Part shown: positions 1 to 10,052 of the stretch, piece by piece
Position numbering within the stretch: the stretch's first letter is position 1
Layout: the number at the start of each line of letters is the position of its first letter
From: Candidatus Latescibacterota bacterium
GTDB lineage: Bacteria > Latescibacterota > UBA2968 > GCA-2709665
Direction: 5' to 3'
Assembly (NCBI GenBank): GCA_963667175.2
Contig: CAXXXF010000015.1
Coordinates: 736,001-800,000, forward strand
Length of the DNA: 64,000 bases
Translations under genes and position numbers: made by a program
The notes under the pieces: model-generated
What the model was told of the DNA's origin: nothing
The model's database searches: none
Seen by the model: the letters and a program-made list of their open reading frames with translations, nothing else

Positions 1-585
1 GGCCGGTTCGTGGGCCGGTCGAACCAGGAAGAAAACGTGCTGAAAATCAACCTGGAGGCCGCCCGGGAGATCGCGCGCCAGCTTCGTCTGCGCGATATTG
101 GCGGTATCATTGTCATCGACTTCATCGACATGGCCGTCGTCCAGAACCGCAAACGGGTGGAGCAGGAATTCCGGCAGGCCGTCCGGCGGGACCGGTCCAG
201 GCCCCGTTTATCGGAGATCAGCGAGTTCGGCCTCCTGGAAATGACCCGACAAAGGGTGCGCCCGAGCCTCATGTTCACCTTCAGCGAGTCCTGTCCACAC
301 TGCCACGGCAGCGGGCGCGTGCCCAGCCGGGAGTCCACGCTGGCACGCATCGAGCGGTGGCTCAAGAGGTCCAGGGCCGCCTCGGTCGAACGCAGGCTGA
401 CCGTGCACGTCAATCCCACGGTGGGAGATTTCATCCTCGAAAACCGCCGCGAACGCCTGAAGAGGTTGCGACGGTCCACCCGGGTCTGGCTGAACGTGGA
501 GAATGACCCCGACCTGTCCGTAGACGCGTACCGGATGGTTTCCCGGAAGCGGAACATGGACATTACGGACAAATTTAGAACTTGA
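1..585 (+). CDS. Rne/Rng family ribonuclease, C-terminal part (5' truncated by window)
   Basis: INLEAAREIARQLRLRDIGGIIVIDFIDM, FGLLEMTRQR and Zn-link CPHCHGSG motifs; frame open from base 1. Confidence 0.95.
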   Translation, partial: GRFVGRSNQEENVLKINLEAAREIARQLRLRDIGGIIVIDFIDMAVVQNRKRVEQEFRQAVRRDRSRPRLSEISEFGLLEMTRQRVRPSLMFTFSESCPHCHGSGRVPSRESTLARIERWLKRSRAASVERRLTVHVNPTVGDFILENRRERLKRLRRSTRVWLNVENDPDLSVDAYRMVSRKRNMDITDKFRT

Positions 586-610
586 CAAAACCTCCGGTGT
601 TTGTTACCGT
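582..610 (+). promoter_or_regulatory. sigma70-type promoter for rplU-rpmA
   Basis: TTGACA(582-587)-17 nt-TACCGT(605-610) with TG just upstream of the -10; overlaps the ribonuclease stop codon. Confidence 0.55.
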
Positions 611-673
611 TTTCGGCCCGTTTCGCGGTTGAAACGGCCGGATGTGCCAAATCGTATTCTGGAGGTTTTTTTT

Positions 674-985
674 ATGTATGCCGTTGTAGAAATCGCCGGC
701 CAGCAGGTCAAGGTTCAAGAAGGAGACCGCATCCGCGTCTCCCGCCTCAAGGCCGAGGCCGGAGAATCACTCACCCTGGACCGGGTCCTGCTGGTGTCCA
801 AAGACGGTGAAACCAGCATCGGCCGGCCGCAGGTCGACGGGGCCGCCGTGGAGGCCAGCGTTCTGGGGCACGGCAAGCACGACAAAGTCACGGTCTTCAA
901 AATGAAACGCAGGAAGGGCTACCGTCGGAAGAACGGACATCGTCAGCCCTATACGGAACTGCAGATCGACGGCATCTCAGCGTAA
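674..985 (+). CDS. rplU: 50S ribosomal protein L21
   Basis: [14 protein letters not shown]...[17 protein letters not shown]; GGAGG SD at 661. Confidence 0.98.
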   Translation: MYAVVEIAGQQVKVQEGDRIRVSRLKAEAGESLTLDRVLLVSKDGETSIGRPQVDGAAVEASVLGHGKHDKVTVFKMKRRKGYRRKNGHRQPYTELQIDGISA

Positions 986-1043
986 TCCCGCCCGGTTTCG
1001 GGATCTACCGGATCCGCTGGCGGAAGGGGAGGAGGACAACGGT

Positions 1044-1304
1044 ATGGCCCACAAAAAAGGGGTCGGAAGTTCCAGGAACGGCCGCGACAGCCGTGGGCAG
1101 CGCCTGGGCGTCAAAGTCTTCGGCGGTCAATTTGTCACGGCGGGCAGCATCATCGTCCGGCAGCGCGGCACACGGATCCATCCCGGAAGCATGGTCAGTC
1201 GCGCCAAAGACGACTCGCTTTTTGCGCTGGTCGACGGCATTGTGACCTACCAGAACCTGAACAAGCGCCGCAAGAAGGTCAGCGTTTACCCCAAGGCGGA
1301 GTAG
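1044..1304 (+). CDS. rpmA: 50S ribosomal protein L27
   Basis: [16 protein letters not shown]...[10 protein letters not shown]. Confidence 0.98.
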   Translation: MAHKKGVGSSRNGRDSRGQRLGVKVFGGQFVTAGSIIVRQRGTRIHPGSMVSRAKDDSLFALVDGIVTYQNLNKRRKKVSVYPKAE

Positions 1305-1311
1305 CCCAGCA

Positions 1312-2235
1312 TTGAAGATCGCAGTGGTTGGCGCCGGCAACGTAGGAGCGACCGCCGCTCAGCATATTGCGGAACGGGAACTCGCCCGCGAACTGATCCT
1401 GCTGGACGTCGCCGAGGGCATTCCACAGGGTAAAGCCCTGGATCTGGCTGAGGCGTCGCCGGTTGACCGCTTCGATACCCGGGTTTCGGGTACAGGCGAT
1501 TCCGGCAGCCTGTCCGGATCCGACGTGGTCGTCATTACCGCCGGGCTGGCGCGCAAGCCCGGCATGACCCGGGACGACCTGCTTGCCACAAACGCGGACA
1601 TCGTCGGCTCGGTCTGCGAACGCGTTAAAGAAACAGCGCCCGATGCCATCGTTATCGTGGTGACGAATCCCCTCGACGCAATGGCTTACGTGGCGCTGAA
1701 AGTTACGGAGTTTTCGCCCGCTCGTGTCGTTGGCATGGCGGGCATTCTCGATTCCGCGCGGTTTCGTTATTTCATCGCGGGAGAACTGAACGTTTCCGTG
1801 GAAGACGTGACCGCCTTCGTCCTGGGCGGGCACGGCGATTCCATGGTGCCTCTGCCCCGCTACTCTTCCGTGGCCGGCATTCCGCTGTCTGAACTGCTCG
1901 ACGAAGCCGTCATCGAACGACTGGTCGAACGCACCCGGAACGGCGGCGCCGAGATTGTCGGACACCTCAAAACGGGCAGCGCCTTCTACGCGCCCGCTTC
2001 CGCGATTGCCGAAATGGTGGCGGCCATTGTGCGGGACAAAAAGCGAATCCTTCCATGCGCCGCCTGGCTGACCGGCCAGTACGGCATCCAGGACCTGTAC
2101 ATGGGCGTCCCGGTCAAGCTGGGCGCAGCCGGCGTGGAGGAAATCATCGAAATCGGCCTTACGCCGGACGAACAGCAGGCGTTTCACGCATCCGCCGATG
2201 CCATTCGATCCGGCGTACTGAAACTGGACGTCTGA
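1312..2235 (+). CDS. mdh: malate dehydrogenase (LDH-like)
   Basis: GAGNVG Rossmann motif, [29 protein letters not shown]; TTG start. Confidence 0.95.
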   Translation: MKIAVVGAGNVGATAAQHIAERELARELILLDVAEGIPQGKALDLAEASPVDRFDTRVSGTGDSGSLSGSDVVVITAGLARKPGMTRDDLLATNADIVGSVCERVKETAPDAIVIVVTNPLDAMAYVALKVTEFSPARVVGMAGILDSARFRYFIAGELNVSVEDVTAFVLGGHGDSMVPLPRYSSVAGIPLSELLDEAVIERLVERTRNGGAEIVGHLKTGSAFYAPASAIAEMVAAIVRDKKRILPCAAWLTGQYGIQDLYMGVPVKLGAAGVEEIIEIGLTPDEQQAFHASADAIRSGVLKLDV

Positions 2236-2358
2236 AAACAGCCTCCGCTTCAAACCACGTCCGCAATTTCCGTACGGCCGGGGACCAGATGGACCCGGTT
2301 TCTTTTTTCTGCCGGGACCGGAGCCTGCACTTCCCGATCGCCGGTCCGAGACCGGAGA

Positions 2359-5058
2359 TCAGGACTCCTTCAGGAAGTTCCTGAGAACCGTGTGCAGAAT
2401 GCCACCGTTCCGGTAGTAGTCGATCTCCACGGGCGTATCGATGCGCACCGTTGCGTCAAACGTCGTTGCGGCGCCATCGTCCGCCGTCGCCGTCACCGTA
2501 GCGCCCTGGAGCAGGCGCAGGTCGTCGCCGATTCCCTCGATATCGAACACCTCTCTGCCCGTGAGCCCCAGCGACGCCGCGCTTTCGCCGGGCTTGAACT
2601 GCAGCGGCAGGACGCCCATACCCACCAGATTGCTCCTGTGAATCCGTTCGTAACTCTCCGCGATCACGGCCCGCACCCCCTGCAGCGCCGGCCCTTTGGC
2701 GGCCCAGTCCCGCGACGATCCCGCGCCGTACTCCTTCCCGGCCAGCACGACCAGCGGGGTCTCCTCCCGTGCATAGCGCATCGCCGCATCGTAAATCGCC
2801 ATCTGCTCGCCGCCGGGCAGATGAACGGTGACGCCGCCTTCGGCGCCGGCCGCGAGCAGGTTGCGGATGCGGATATTCGCGAACGTGCCGCGCACCATCA
2901 CTTCGTGATTGCCCCGCCGGGACCCGTACGAGTTGAAGTCCTTCGGCGCCACGCCGCTTTCGATCAGGTACCGGCCCGCCGGGCTGTCCACCGCAATACT
3001 GCCCGCCGGTGAAATGTGGTCCGTGGTCACGGAATCACCCACCATCACAAGCACCCGGGCGCCGTGAATCTCCCGGATGGGCGCCGGTTCCTCCGACAGG
3101 TCCCGGAAAAACGGCGGTTCCTGCACGTACGTGCTGTCCGCGCTCCAGGAATACAGCGCCGTCTCCTGCCCGGAAATGGCGTTCCATGTCTCGTTGCCGT
3201 CGAATACATTGCTGTACTGTGTTTCGAACATCTCGGGCTTCAACGCCTGTGCGATGGTATCGGAGATTTCCTCCTGGGTGGGCCAGACGTCCTTCAGTGT
3301 AACCGGATTTCCGTCGGCATCCTCACCCAGGGGCTCGGTCGCCAGGTCCACGTCAACCCTGCCCGCCAGGGCGTAGGCCACCACCAGGGGCGGAGAGGCG
3401 AGGTAGTTCGCCTTCACGTGCGGGTTCACCCTGCCCTCGAAATTTCGGTTGCCCGACAGGACCGATGCCGCCACCAGGTCGCCCTCGTGGATCGCCGCCA
3501 CCACCGGCTCCGGCAGCGGGCCGCTATTGCCGATGCAGGTGGTGCAACCGTATCCCACCGTATGGAACCCGAGGTCTTCCAGGTAGGGCGTCAACCCCGC
3601 CGCATTGAGATAATCCGTCACCACGCGGGACCCGGGCGCCAGGCTTGTTTTTACGTACGGGGGCACTGTGAGGCCCCGTTCCACGGCCTTTTTCGCCAGA
3701 AGTCCCGCGCCCACCATTACCGAGGGATTGCTCGTATTCGTGCAGCTCGTGATCGCCGCGATCACCACGGCGCCGTGTCCGATCCTGGTCCTGCCGTTGG
3801 CGGCCACGGTCAATTGCTTCGCGCGAACCGCGTCATCCACCCCGAACCCGTTGTGACCGACGGGAGACGTCAACGCCTGCTCGAAGCCCTGCTTCATGGC
3901 GTCCATCGGCACACGGTCCTGCGGCCGTTTCGGCCCGGCCAGACTCGGTTCCACCGCGCCCAGATCCATCTCGAGCGTTTCCGTAAACGCGGGCTCCGGC
4001 GTTTCGTCCGTACGGAACAGACCCTGTGCCCGGGTATACCGCGCCACCAGGTCGACCTCCTCCGCCGACCGGGCGGTGCGCTCCAGGTATCGCAACGTCT
4101 CGTGGTCCACAGGAAAGAAACCCACGGTCGCGCCGTATTCCGGCGCCATATTCGCAATGGTTGCGCGGTCGGCCAGGCTGATGCCGGACAACCCCGTGCC
4201 GTAGAACTCCACGAATTTGCCGACCACCCCTTTTGCGCGCAGCATCTGGGTTACCGTCAGCGCAAGGTCCGTGGCGGTTGCGCCGTCGGGTAGACTGCCG
4301 TACAGCTTGAACCCAACCACCTCGGGCGCGGCCATAAAGATCGGTTGCCCCAGCATAACCGCCTCGGCCTCGATCCCGCCGACCCCCCATCCCAGTACGC
4401 CCAGCCCGTTGATCATTGTGGTATGCGAGTCCGTTCCGACCAGGCTGTCCGGAAATGCCACACCCCGCTGGCGCACAACGCCCTTCGCCAGATATTCCAG
4501 GTTTACCTGATGGACAATTCCCGTGGCCGGCGGCACCACCTGAAACTTCTCAAACGCGTTGGCGCCCCACCTCAGGAACTCATAGCGTTCCCGGTTCCGT
4601 TCGAATTCGATCTCCGCGTTGATACGCAGCGCGTCGTGCCGCGCAAACCGGTCGACCTGGACCGAATGATCGATGACCAGGTCCGCCGGAATCAGCGGCT
4701 CGATCCGCCGCGGGTCCTTTCCCATACGCGCCAGGGCGGAACGCAGCGCGGCCAGGTCGACCAGCGAAGGCACGCCGGTGAAATCCTGCAATACCACGCG
4801 CGCCGGCACAAAGGGGATCTCCGCCCGGGTGGGTGCCGCCGCGTTCCATCCCGCCAGCTCCGCGGCATCGTCTTCGGTTACCAGATATCCATCCATGTTC
4901 CGAAGCGAGGCCTCCAGCAATACCTTTATCGTGAACGGCAATCGCGAAACCGCGCCGACGCCGGCGGATTCCAGCCGGTCCAGCCGATAGATCGTGACCT
5001 CGCCGCCGGCGGTAGACAACCTGTCGCGCAATCCGAAGGGATCCTTGACGTTGCTCAT
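2359..5058 (-). CDS. acnA: aconitate hydratase AcnA
   Basis: [55 protein letters not shown]. Confidence 0.98.
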   Translation of the reverse strand: MSNVKDPFGLRDRLSTAGGEVTIYRLDRLESAGVGAVSRLPFTIKVLLEASLRNMDGYLVTEDDAAELAGWNAAAPTRAEIPFVPARVVLQDFTGVPSLVDLAALRSALARMGKDPRRIEPLIPADLVIDHSVQVDRFARHDALRINAEIEFERNRERYEFLRWGANAFEKFQVVPPATGIVHQVNLEYLAKGVVRQRGVAFPDSLVGTDSHTTMINGLGVLGWGVGGIEAEAVMLGQPIFMAAPEVVGFKLYGSLPDGATATDLALTVTQMLRAKGVVGKFVEFYGTGLSGISLADRATIANMAPEYGATVGFFPVDHETLRYLERTARSAEEVDLVARYTRAQGLFRTDETPEPAFTETLEMDLGAVEPSLAGPKRPQDRVPMDAMKQGFEQALTSPVGHNGFGVDDAVRAKQLTVAANGRTRIGHGAVVIAAITSCTNTSNPSVMVGAGLLAKKAVERGLTVPPYVKTSLAPGSRVVTDYLNAAGLTPYLEDLGFHTVGYGCTTCIGNSGPLPEPVVAAIHEGDLVAASVLSGNRNFEGRVNPHVKANYLASPPLVVAYALAGRVDVDLATEPLGEDADGNPVTLKDVWPTQEEISDTIAQALKPEMFETQYSNVFDGNETWNAISGQETALYSWSADSTYVQEPPFFRDLSEEPAPIREIHGARVLVMVGDSVTTDHISPAGSIAVDSPAGRYLIESGVAPKDFNSYGSRRGNHEVMVRGTFANIRIRNLLAAGAEGGVTVHLPGGEQMAIYDAAMRYAREETPLVVLAGKEYGAGSSRDWAAKGPALQGVRAVIAESYERIHRSNLVGMGVLPLQFKPGESAASLGLTGREVFDIEGIGDDLRLLQGATVTATADDGAATTFDATVRIDTPVEIDYYRNGGILHTVLRNFLKES

Positions 5059-5142
5059 AACAAACACCCTCAAAAAGCGATCAGCTAAACCGGATAGCGT
5101 TACGGCCTGGCGATGTCAATTGCGGACGTCAACGCCATTTTG

Positions 5143-5168
5143 AGGGCAACCACAAGGGTTGCCCCTAC
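5143..5168 (-). repeat. GTAG-type REP palindrome, copy 1
   Basis: Exact reverse complement of 5422-5447 (GTAGGGGCAACCCTTGTGGTTGCCCT). Confidence 0.85.
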
Positions 5169-5288
5169 AATACCAGGGACGGCGGAATTCATACCCCGTA
5201 CCGAAAGAAAAGAGACAAGAAGAGAGACGATCCAGATGACCGCGAGGTTGTCACGTCCCATATGCATGACCCGAAGGGACGCTTAAGA

Positions 5289-5317
5289 AATATATTATAT
5301 AATCTAAAAGTTCGCAA
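5289..5317 (-). promoter_or_regulatory. sigma70-type promoter for acnA
   Basis: Minus strand TTGCGA-17 nt-TATATT within an AT-rich island. Confidence 0.55.
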
Positions 5318-5421
5318 GCAGGAATCGAGCGGATAAATTACGCTTGCAAACGCCCGACACTTCCTCATGCAAATTCTCCCCCGCTGCGGTATGTACGTTC
5401 ACGCGCGTCCATATTGAATTC

Positions 5422-5514
5422 GTAGGGGCAACCCTTGTGGTTGCCCTCGTAGTGGCGCAGATTTCGATCGCGAATGCACATCGTCTGCAGGGGCGACCGG
5501 CCGGTCGCCCCTAC
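5422..5514. repeat. inverted REP doublet (REPIN-like)
   Basis: GTAGGGGCAACCCTTGTGGTTGCCCT (5422-5447, +) and AGGGGCGACCGGCCGGTCGCCCCTAC (5489-5514, GTAG on - strand), 41 nt apart. Confidence 0.85.
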
Positions 5515-5599
5515 AAGAATCGGGATATTCACACTTTACATCGCGATTGAATTTATCTAATTTCAATACAATACAAAAGCGAATCGTTGTTATAGATTA

Positions 5600-5616
5600 T
5601 ATTCCCGATTGGAATA
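5600..5616. promoter_or_regulatory. putative LysR recognition box
   Basis: TATTCC-CGATT-GGAATA dyad containing T-N11-A (5602-5614), upstream of the LysR gene. Confidence 0.55.
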
Positions 5617-5653
5617 GATTGCAGTCGTCAGGCTGAACGTCCTGCTGGAATGT

Positions 5654-5700
5654 GCCCCCACCGCCGCCAAAGGCGGCGTCTCCCCCTCAATGGGGGAGTG
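5654..5700. repeat. double-hairpin intergenic element
   Basis: CGCCGCC-AAA-GGCGGCG followed by CTCCCCC-TCAAT-GGGGGAG. Confidence 0.45.
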
Positions 5701-5762
5701 ATCGCAAGGATTCGTCGCGCAGGACGGCGTATGAGAATGCCCATATTGGAGGGCGATGCGTT

Positions 5763-6650
5763 ATGATCGAGAACATAGAAACCCTGTCCGCGCTTGCCGA
5801 GGCAGGCACGATGACCAAGGCCGGCACAAGGCTGCGCATCACCCAGTCGGCCGTCAGCAAACGCATAGACGTACTCGAGAACGCATTGGGTCGAAAACTC
5901 GTCGAACCCGTCGGCAGACGAGTCCGACTTACGGCCGCGGGCATCCAGCTGCTCGAGAAGACGGCGCCGTTCATGGCCGCGTTGCGGGAGGCCGTGGCGG
6001 ACGAGTCCCCCGTTCAGGGCAGCCGTCTGGTGATCGGCATCTCAGAATCCATTCTTTCCGCCTGGGGTTCGCGCGTTCTGGCCGGCGTCGTTCAGGCCAT
6101 CCCCCGGCTTGAACTCGTCATCAATGCCCACCGAAGTCCGGTTGCCATTGACAATGTCCGCTCCGGCGAATACATGCTCGCGTTGTGCGCGGACATGGTG
6201 GGATACAGCGCCGACGTGAAGTCGGAGCCTCTTGTGGACGAGCCAATGGTCCTCGTGCCCTCGGGGCTTCAGCCGTTTCAGCTTCGCCGCGATACAACCC
6301 TTCCCGTCATCACCATCGAACCCCATGCAGCGACCTGGCGGCACCTGGAACAGCAGATCAGGGCCCACGCCGGGAACTGGAACATCCGAATCGAAGCCGA
6401 ACAGACCCTGCAATCTTTCGCGGGGATCGCCCAATTGGCCCGGTGCGGATTCGGGCACGGACTCGTGCCGCTGGGCATCGCGAGAGCACTGGGGATTCCG
6501 GACAAGGGTCTCGTTCGATTCCCTGAACCCGGGCTCTACAGGCCGATCGCTCTGATAGGACGCAGCACGACCTTCGCCCGTCCCATCGTCAGGACCTTTC
6601 ACCGTATGCTCATAAAGACCATCCCTTCAACCCTTTCCGAATCAGGCTGA
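5763..6650 (+). CDS. LysR-family transcriptional regulator
   Basis: HTH GTMTKAGTRLRITQSAVSKRIDVLENALGRKL..RVRLTAAG; ATG at 5763. Confidence 0.93.
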   Translation: MIENIETLSALAEAGTMTKAGTRLRITQSAVSKRIDVLENALGRKLVEPVGRRVRLTAAGIQLLEKTAPFMAALREAVADESPVQGSRLVIGISESILSAWGSRVLAGVVQAIPRLELVINAHRSPVAIDNVRSGEYMLALCADMVGYSADVKSEPLVDEPMVLVPSGLQPFQLRRDTTLPVITIEPHAATWRHLEQQIRAHAGNWNIRIEAEQTLQSFAGIAQLARCGFGHGLVPLGIARALGIPDKGLVRFPEPGLYRPIALIGRSTTFARPIVRTFHRMLIKTIPSTLSESG

Positions 6651-6708
6651 CTTCATTCCTGTTTCAGCTTGCCATTCATGCGCCGGGATCGTATTTTCCG
6701 ACTCTCCA

Positions 6709-8283
6709 ATGTCCAGCCCGGAACGACGTTTTGTCGCCCTGGTCATCCTCGACGGCTGGGGCCTTTCTACCAACGAGGACCACAACGCGGTCGCGCTAGC
6801 CGATACGCCGGCGATGGACCGGATCGGCGCGATGTACCCGTCCACGACCCTGCAGACCTGTGGGCGCAGCGTCGGTCTGCCCGACGGATTGATCGGCAAC
6901 TCCGAAGTGGGGCATCTCAACCTGGGCGCCGGGCGTGTCGTGGCGCAGGCCGTCACCCGGATCGACGACAGGGTGAGGGACGGGGGCTTTTCGCGGAACG
7001 AGTCGCTGCTCGCGTCGATGGACCGGGTTGCCGGTACCGATCGACGGCTCCATCTGATCGGACTTGTGTCCGACGGGGGGGTGCATTCCTGGCCCAACCA
7101 CTACAACGGACTGCTCAAAATGGCCGCCGGCCGCCGGCTGAAGCCGGACCAGGTCTGCGTCCACGCGTGGCTCGACGGGCGTGACACGCCCCCCAGGAGC
7201 GGTATCCGCCATCTGGCCGCCCTGGTCGAGATGTGCGAGTCGGCGGGCGTGGGCGGAATTGCCACGGTTTGCGGCCGCTACTTCGCCATGGACCGGGACC
7301 GGCGCTGGGACCGTGTTCGTTCGGCCTACGACGCTATGACACTCGGCCGCGGGGCGCCCGCAAGGGACCCACTCGAGGCCCTCCAGGGCGCGTACGATCG
7401 TAACGAGACGGACGAGTTCGTCAAGCCGATCATAATCGAGGGCCCGGATGCGGGGCCGCCGGCCACCATCGGGAACGACGACTCCGTGCTTTGCTTCAAT
7501 TTTCGGGGCGATCGGGGCCGGCAGATCACACGCGCGTTCGTGCTTCCGGATTTCGACGGGTTTGAGCGGGCAGTACACCCCGGGGCACACTATACGTGCC
7601 TCACGCGTTACGAAGCCGGCCTGCCCGTGGACGGGGTCGCGTTTTCACCCGGGGACCTGGCCCAGGAAATGCCGGACGTCTGCGGGAAGACGCTGAGCGA
7701 AGCCGGTCTCCGGCAGTTGCGCATTGCCGAAACCGAGAAATACGCACACGTCACCTATTTCTTCAACGGCCAGCGGGAGGAACCCTTCGGAGGCGAAACG
7801 CGTATTCTGGTCCCGTCGCCCAGGGACGTGACCACGTACGACTTCAAGCCCGAAATGAGCGCGCGGACCGTCACCGGGAAATTCGTCGACGCGATCCGCT
7901 CGCGGCGGTTCGACGCCGCCATCTGCAATTTCGCGAATCCCGATATGGTCGGTCATACCGGTGACCTGGGCGCGGCCGTCAAAGCCGTGACGACCGTAGA
8001 CCGGTGTCTGGGGCAGGTCCTATCAGCCATCGCGGAAGTCGGCGGCGCCGCCATCGTTACGGCGGACCACGGCAACGCCGAACAGATGATTCACGACCGA
8101 ACCCGGGAGCCCCACACCGCCCATACAGCCAATCCCGTGCCATTTGTCCTTGTCGATCCCGGGTTCCGTGGAAGGCTCAGGGACGGCGGCCGGCTCTGCG
8201 ACGTTGCGCCCACCTTTCTGGGCGTACTCGGGCTTCTGAAGCCGGAAGCCATGACGGGAGACGACCTCAGAAAGATGGCCTGA
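6709..8283 (+). CDS. gpmI: 2,3-bisphosphoglycerate-independent phosphoglycerate mutase
   Basis: LVILDGWG, GNSEVGH, SDGGVHS, LDGRDTPP, AETEKYAHVT, NPDMVGHTG, TADHGNAE. Confidence 0.97.
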   Translation: MSSPERRFVALVILDGWGLSTNEDHNAVALADTPAMDRIGAMYPSTTLQTCGRSVGLPDGLIGNSEVGHLNLGAGRVVAQAVTRIDDRVRDGGFSRNESLLASMDRVAGTDRRLHLIGLVSDGGVHSWPNHYNGLLKMAAGRRLKPDQVCVHAWLDGRDTPPRSGIRHLAALVEMCESAGVGGIATVCGRYFAMDRDRRWDRVRSAYDAMTLGRGAPARDPLEALQGAYDRNETDEFVKPIIIEGPDAGPPATIGNDDSVLCFNFRGDRGRQITRAFVLPDFDGFERAVHPGAHYTCLTRYEAGLPVDGVAFSPGDLAQEMPDVCGKTLSEAGLRQLRIAETEKYAHVTYFFNGQREEPFGGETRILVPSPRDVTTYDFKPEMSARTVTGKFVDAIRSRRFDAAICNFANPDMVGHTGDLGAAVKAVTTVDRCLGQVLSAIAEVGGAAIVTADHGNAEQMIHDRTREPHTAHTANPVPFVLVDPGFRGRLRDGGRLCDVAPTFLGVLGLLKPEAMTGDDLRKMA

Positions 8284-8327
8284 AAACCGCTCAGCGCCCC
8301 GATGCGGCGCCCCTATGAGGAGACGCC

Positions 8328-9491
8328 ATGAAGATCCACGAATACCAGGCCAAGGAAATCCTCAAATCGTTTGACGTTCCCGTACCCGACGGCCGCCTTG
8401 CCACCACGGCCGACGAGGCCGGAAGCGCGGCGGCCGAACTCGGCGGCGCCGTCGTCGTCAAGGCCCAGATTCACGCCGGCGGCAGGGGCAAGGGAGGGGG
8501 GATCAAACTCGCCCGGAGCCCGGACGAGGCCCGCGAAGTTGCAGGGGACATGCTCGGACGGAATCTGGTGACGCCCCAGACGGGCGCCGAAGGGCAGAAC
8601 GTCAAGCAGGTGTGGATCGAAAGCGCCATCGATATCGCCCGGGAACTCTACCTGGGCGTGGTGTTGGACCGGGACCAGTCCAGACTGGTCATCATGGCTT
8701 CCAGCGAGGGTGGCATGGATATCGAAGAAGTGGCCGCCGCCATGCCGGAAAAAATCCTCAGGGAGACCGTCGACCCGGCGGTCGGGCTTCAGCCCTTTCG
8801 GGCTCGCCGGCTTGCCTTCGGCCTCGGTCTGGAGGGCGGGGCGTTCAAGCAGGGCGTGCGGTTTATCGACCGCCTCCACGCCGCCTACGTCGGCGCCGAC
8901 TGTTCACTGGCCGAAATCAACCCCCTCGTGGTGACCGCCGACGACAACCTGGTGGCCCTGGACGCCAAAATGAACTTCGACGACAACGCGCTCTTCCGCC
9001 ACGGAGACATTCGGAAACTCCGCGACACCGACGAGGAAGACCCTCTGGAAGTGGACGCCTCGGAATTCGACCTCAATTACATCAAGCTCGACGGCGAGGT
9101 CGGCTGCATGGTCAACGGCGCCGGTCTGGCCATGGCCACCATGGATATCGTCAAGCACGCGGGATCGTCCCCCGCCAATTTCCTGGACGTGGGCGGGGGC
9201 GCCAACGTGGAACGGGTGGAGAACGCCTTCCGGATCCTGCTTTCGGACGCCGGCGTCAGGGCCGTGCTCATCAATATTTTCGGCGGTATCGTGCGTTGCG
9301 ACCGGGTTGCCGAGGGCGTGGTCCAGGCGTTGGGGAATGTCTCGGCAGACCTGCCGATCGTAGTGCGCCTGCAGGGGACCAACGCCGAGGAGGGCGCCCG
9401 AATTCTGGAGAACTCGGACCTGAAATTCACCGTCGCCCGCGAGTTGAGGGAAGCGGCGGAAGCGGTTGTGGCAGCGGTTCGGGGACAGTGA
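8328..9491 (+). CDS. sucC: succinyl-CoA synthetase beta subunit
   Basis: MKIHEYQAK, KAQIHAGGRGKGGG, NGAGLAMATMD, PANFLDVGGG, NIFGGIVRCD. Confidence 0.97.
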   Translation: MKIHEYQAKEILKSFDVPVPDGRLATTADEAGSAAAELGGAVVVKAQIHAGGRGKGGGIKLARSPDEAREVAGDMLGRNLVTPQTGAEGQNVKQVWIESAIDIARELYLGVVLDRDQSRLVIMASSEGGMDIEEVAAAMPEKILRETVDPAVGLQPFRARRLAFGLGLEGGAFKQGVRFIDRLHAAYVGADCSLAEINPLVVTADDNLVALDAKMNFDDNALFRHGDIRKLRDTDEEDPLEVDASEFDLNYIKLDGEVGCMVNGAGLAMATMDIVKHAGSSPANFLDVGGGANVERVENAFRILLSDAGVRAVLINIFGGIVRCDRVAEGVVQALGNVSADLPIVVRLQGTNAEEGARILENSDLKFTVARELREAAEAVVAAVRGQ

Positions 9492-9505
9492 AGAGAATGG
9501 CCAAA

Positions 9506-9572
9506 TGGCTGCATTCTTTGCAGCCAACCCTTTTTGTATATGCCAAAATGGCATATATGTGCAAAAATAGCA
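9506..9572. promoter_or_regulatory. three TGC-N7-GCA dyads (candidate enhancer-binding-protein sites; the first may instead be the sucC terminator stem)
   Basis: TGCATTCTTTGCA 9510-9522, TGCCAAAATGGCA 9541-9553, TGCAAAAATAGCA 9560-9572. Confidence 0.5.
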
Positions 9573-9651
9573 GAATTCAGACGAGCCCGGTCCAGGCACT
9601 GGAATTAGTATCTACTTGTTTTTAATATATTTCGCTAGAATTCGCCGTCTA

Positions 9652-9667
9652 TGGTACTCATGTTGCT
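9652..9667 (+). promoter_or_regulatory. sigma54 (-24/-12) promoter for FmdB-dnaK
   Basis: TGGTAC-TCATG-TTGCT versus consensus TGGCAC-N5-TTGCW, with correct GG-N10-GC spacing. Confidence 0.65.
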
Positions 9668-9724
9668 TCAATTGGGTTGTTGGTCCTATCAAGAATCGGA
9701 AGCCTAAAGAACAGGAAGCCCCTT

Positions 9725-10018
9725 ATGCCCACGTATGATTACGTTTGTGAAGCGTGCAGCCATGAATTCGAGCATTTTCAGAGCATTACGTCGTCTCCAC
9801 TGCGCAAATGCCCGGAATGCGGCGAACGAAAACTGAAGCGGCTCATCGGCGCCGGAGCGGGACTCCTCTTCAAGGGCTCGGGTTTCTACGTTACCGACTA
9901 CCGGAGCGAAGGATATAAGCAGGCCGCGAAAAAAGACGCCCCGAAAGACAAGAAGAAGGAATCGAAAGACAAGGGCAGCAGCGGCGCAAAGTCCAAAAGC
10001 AAGGAAAAAGCGGCATAA
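9725..10018 (+). CDS. FmdB-family zinc-ribbon protein
   Basis: [27 protein letters not shown] with Lys-rich tail. Confidence 0.9.
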   Translation: MPTYDYVCEACSHEFEHFQSITSSPLRKCPECGERKLKRLIGAGAGLLFKGSGFYVTDYRSEGYKQAAKKDAPKDKKKESKDKGSSGAKSKSKEKAA

Positions 10019-10052
10019 ATCAAGCCGGAATCGACAGAAAGGAAAACAACCA

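Noticed and set aside
5344-5550. 68 aa ORF
   Set aside because: Its translation (VGATLVVAL..GRPAGRPY) is simply the REP doublet
9492-9724. CIRCE/HrcA operator before dnaK
   Set aside because: No TTAGCACTC-N9-GAGTGCTAA match
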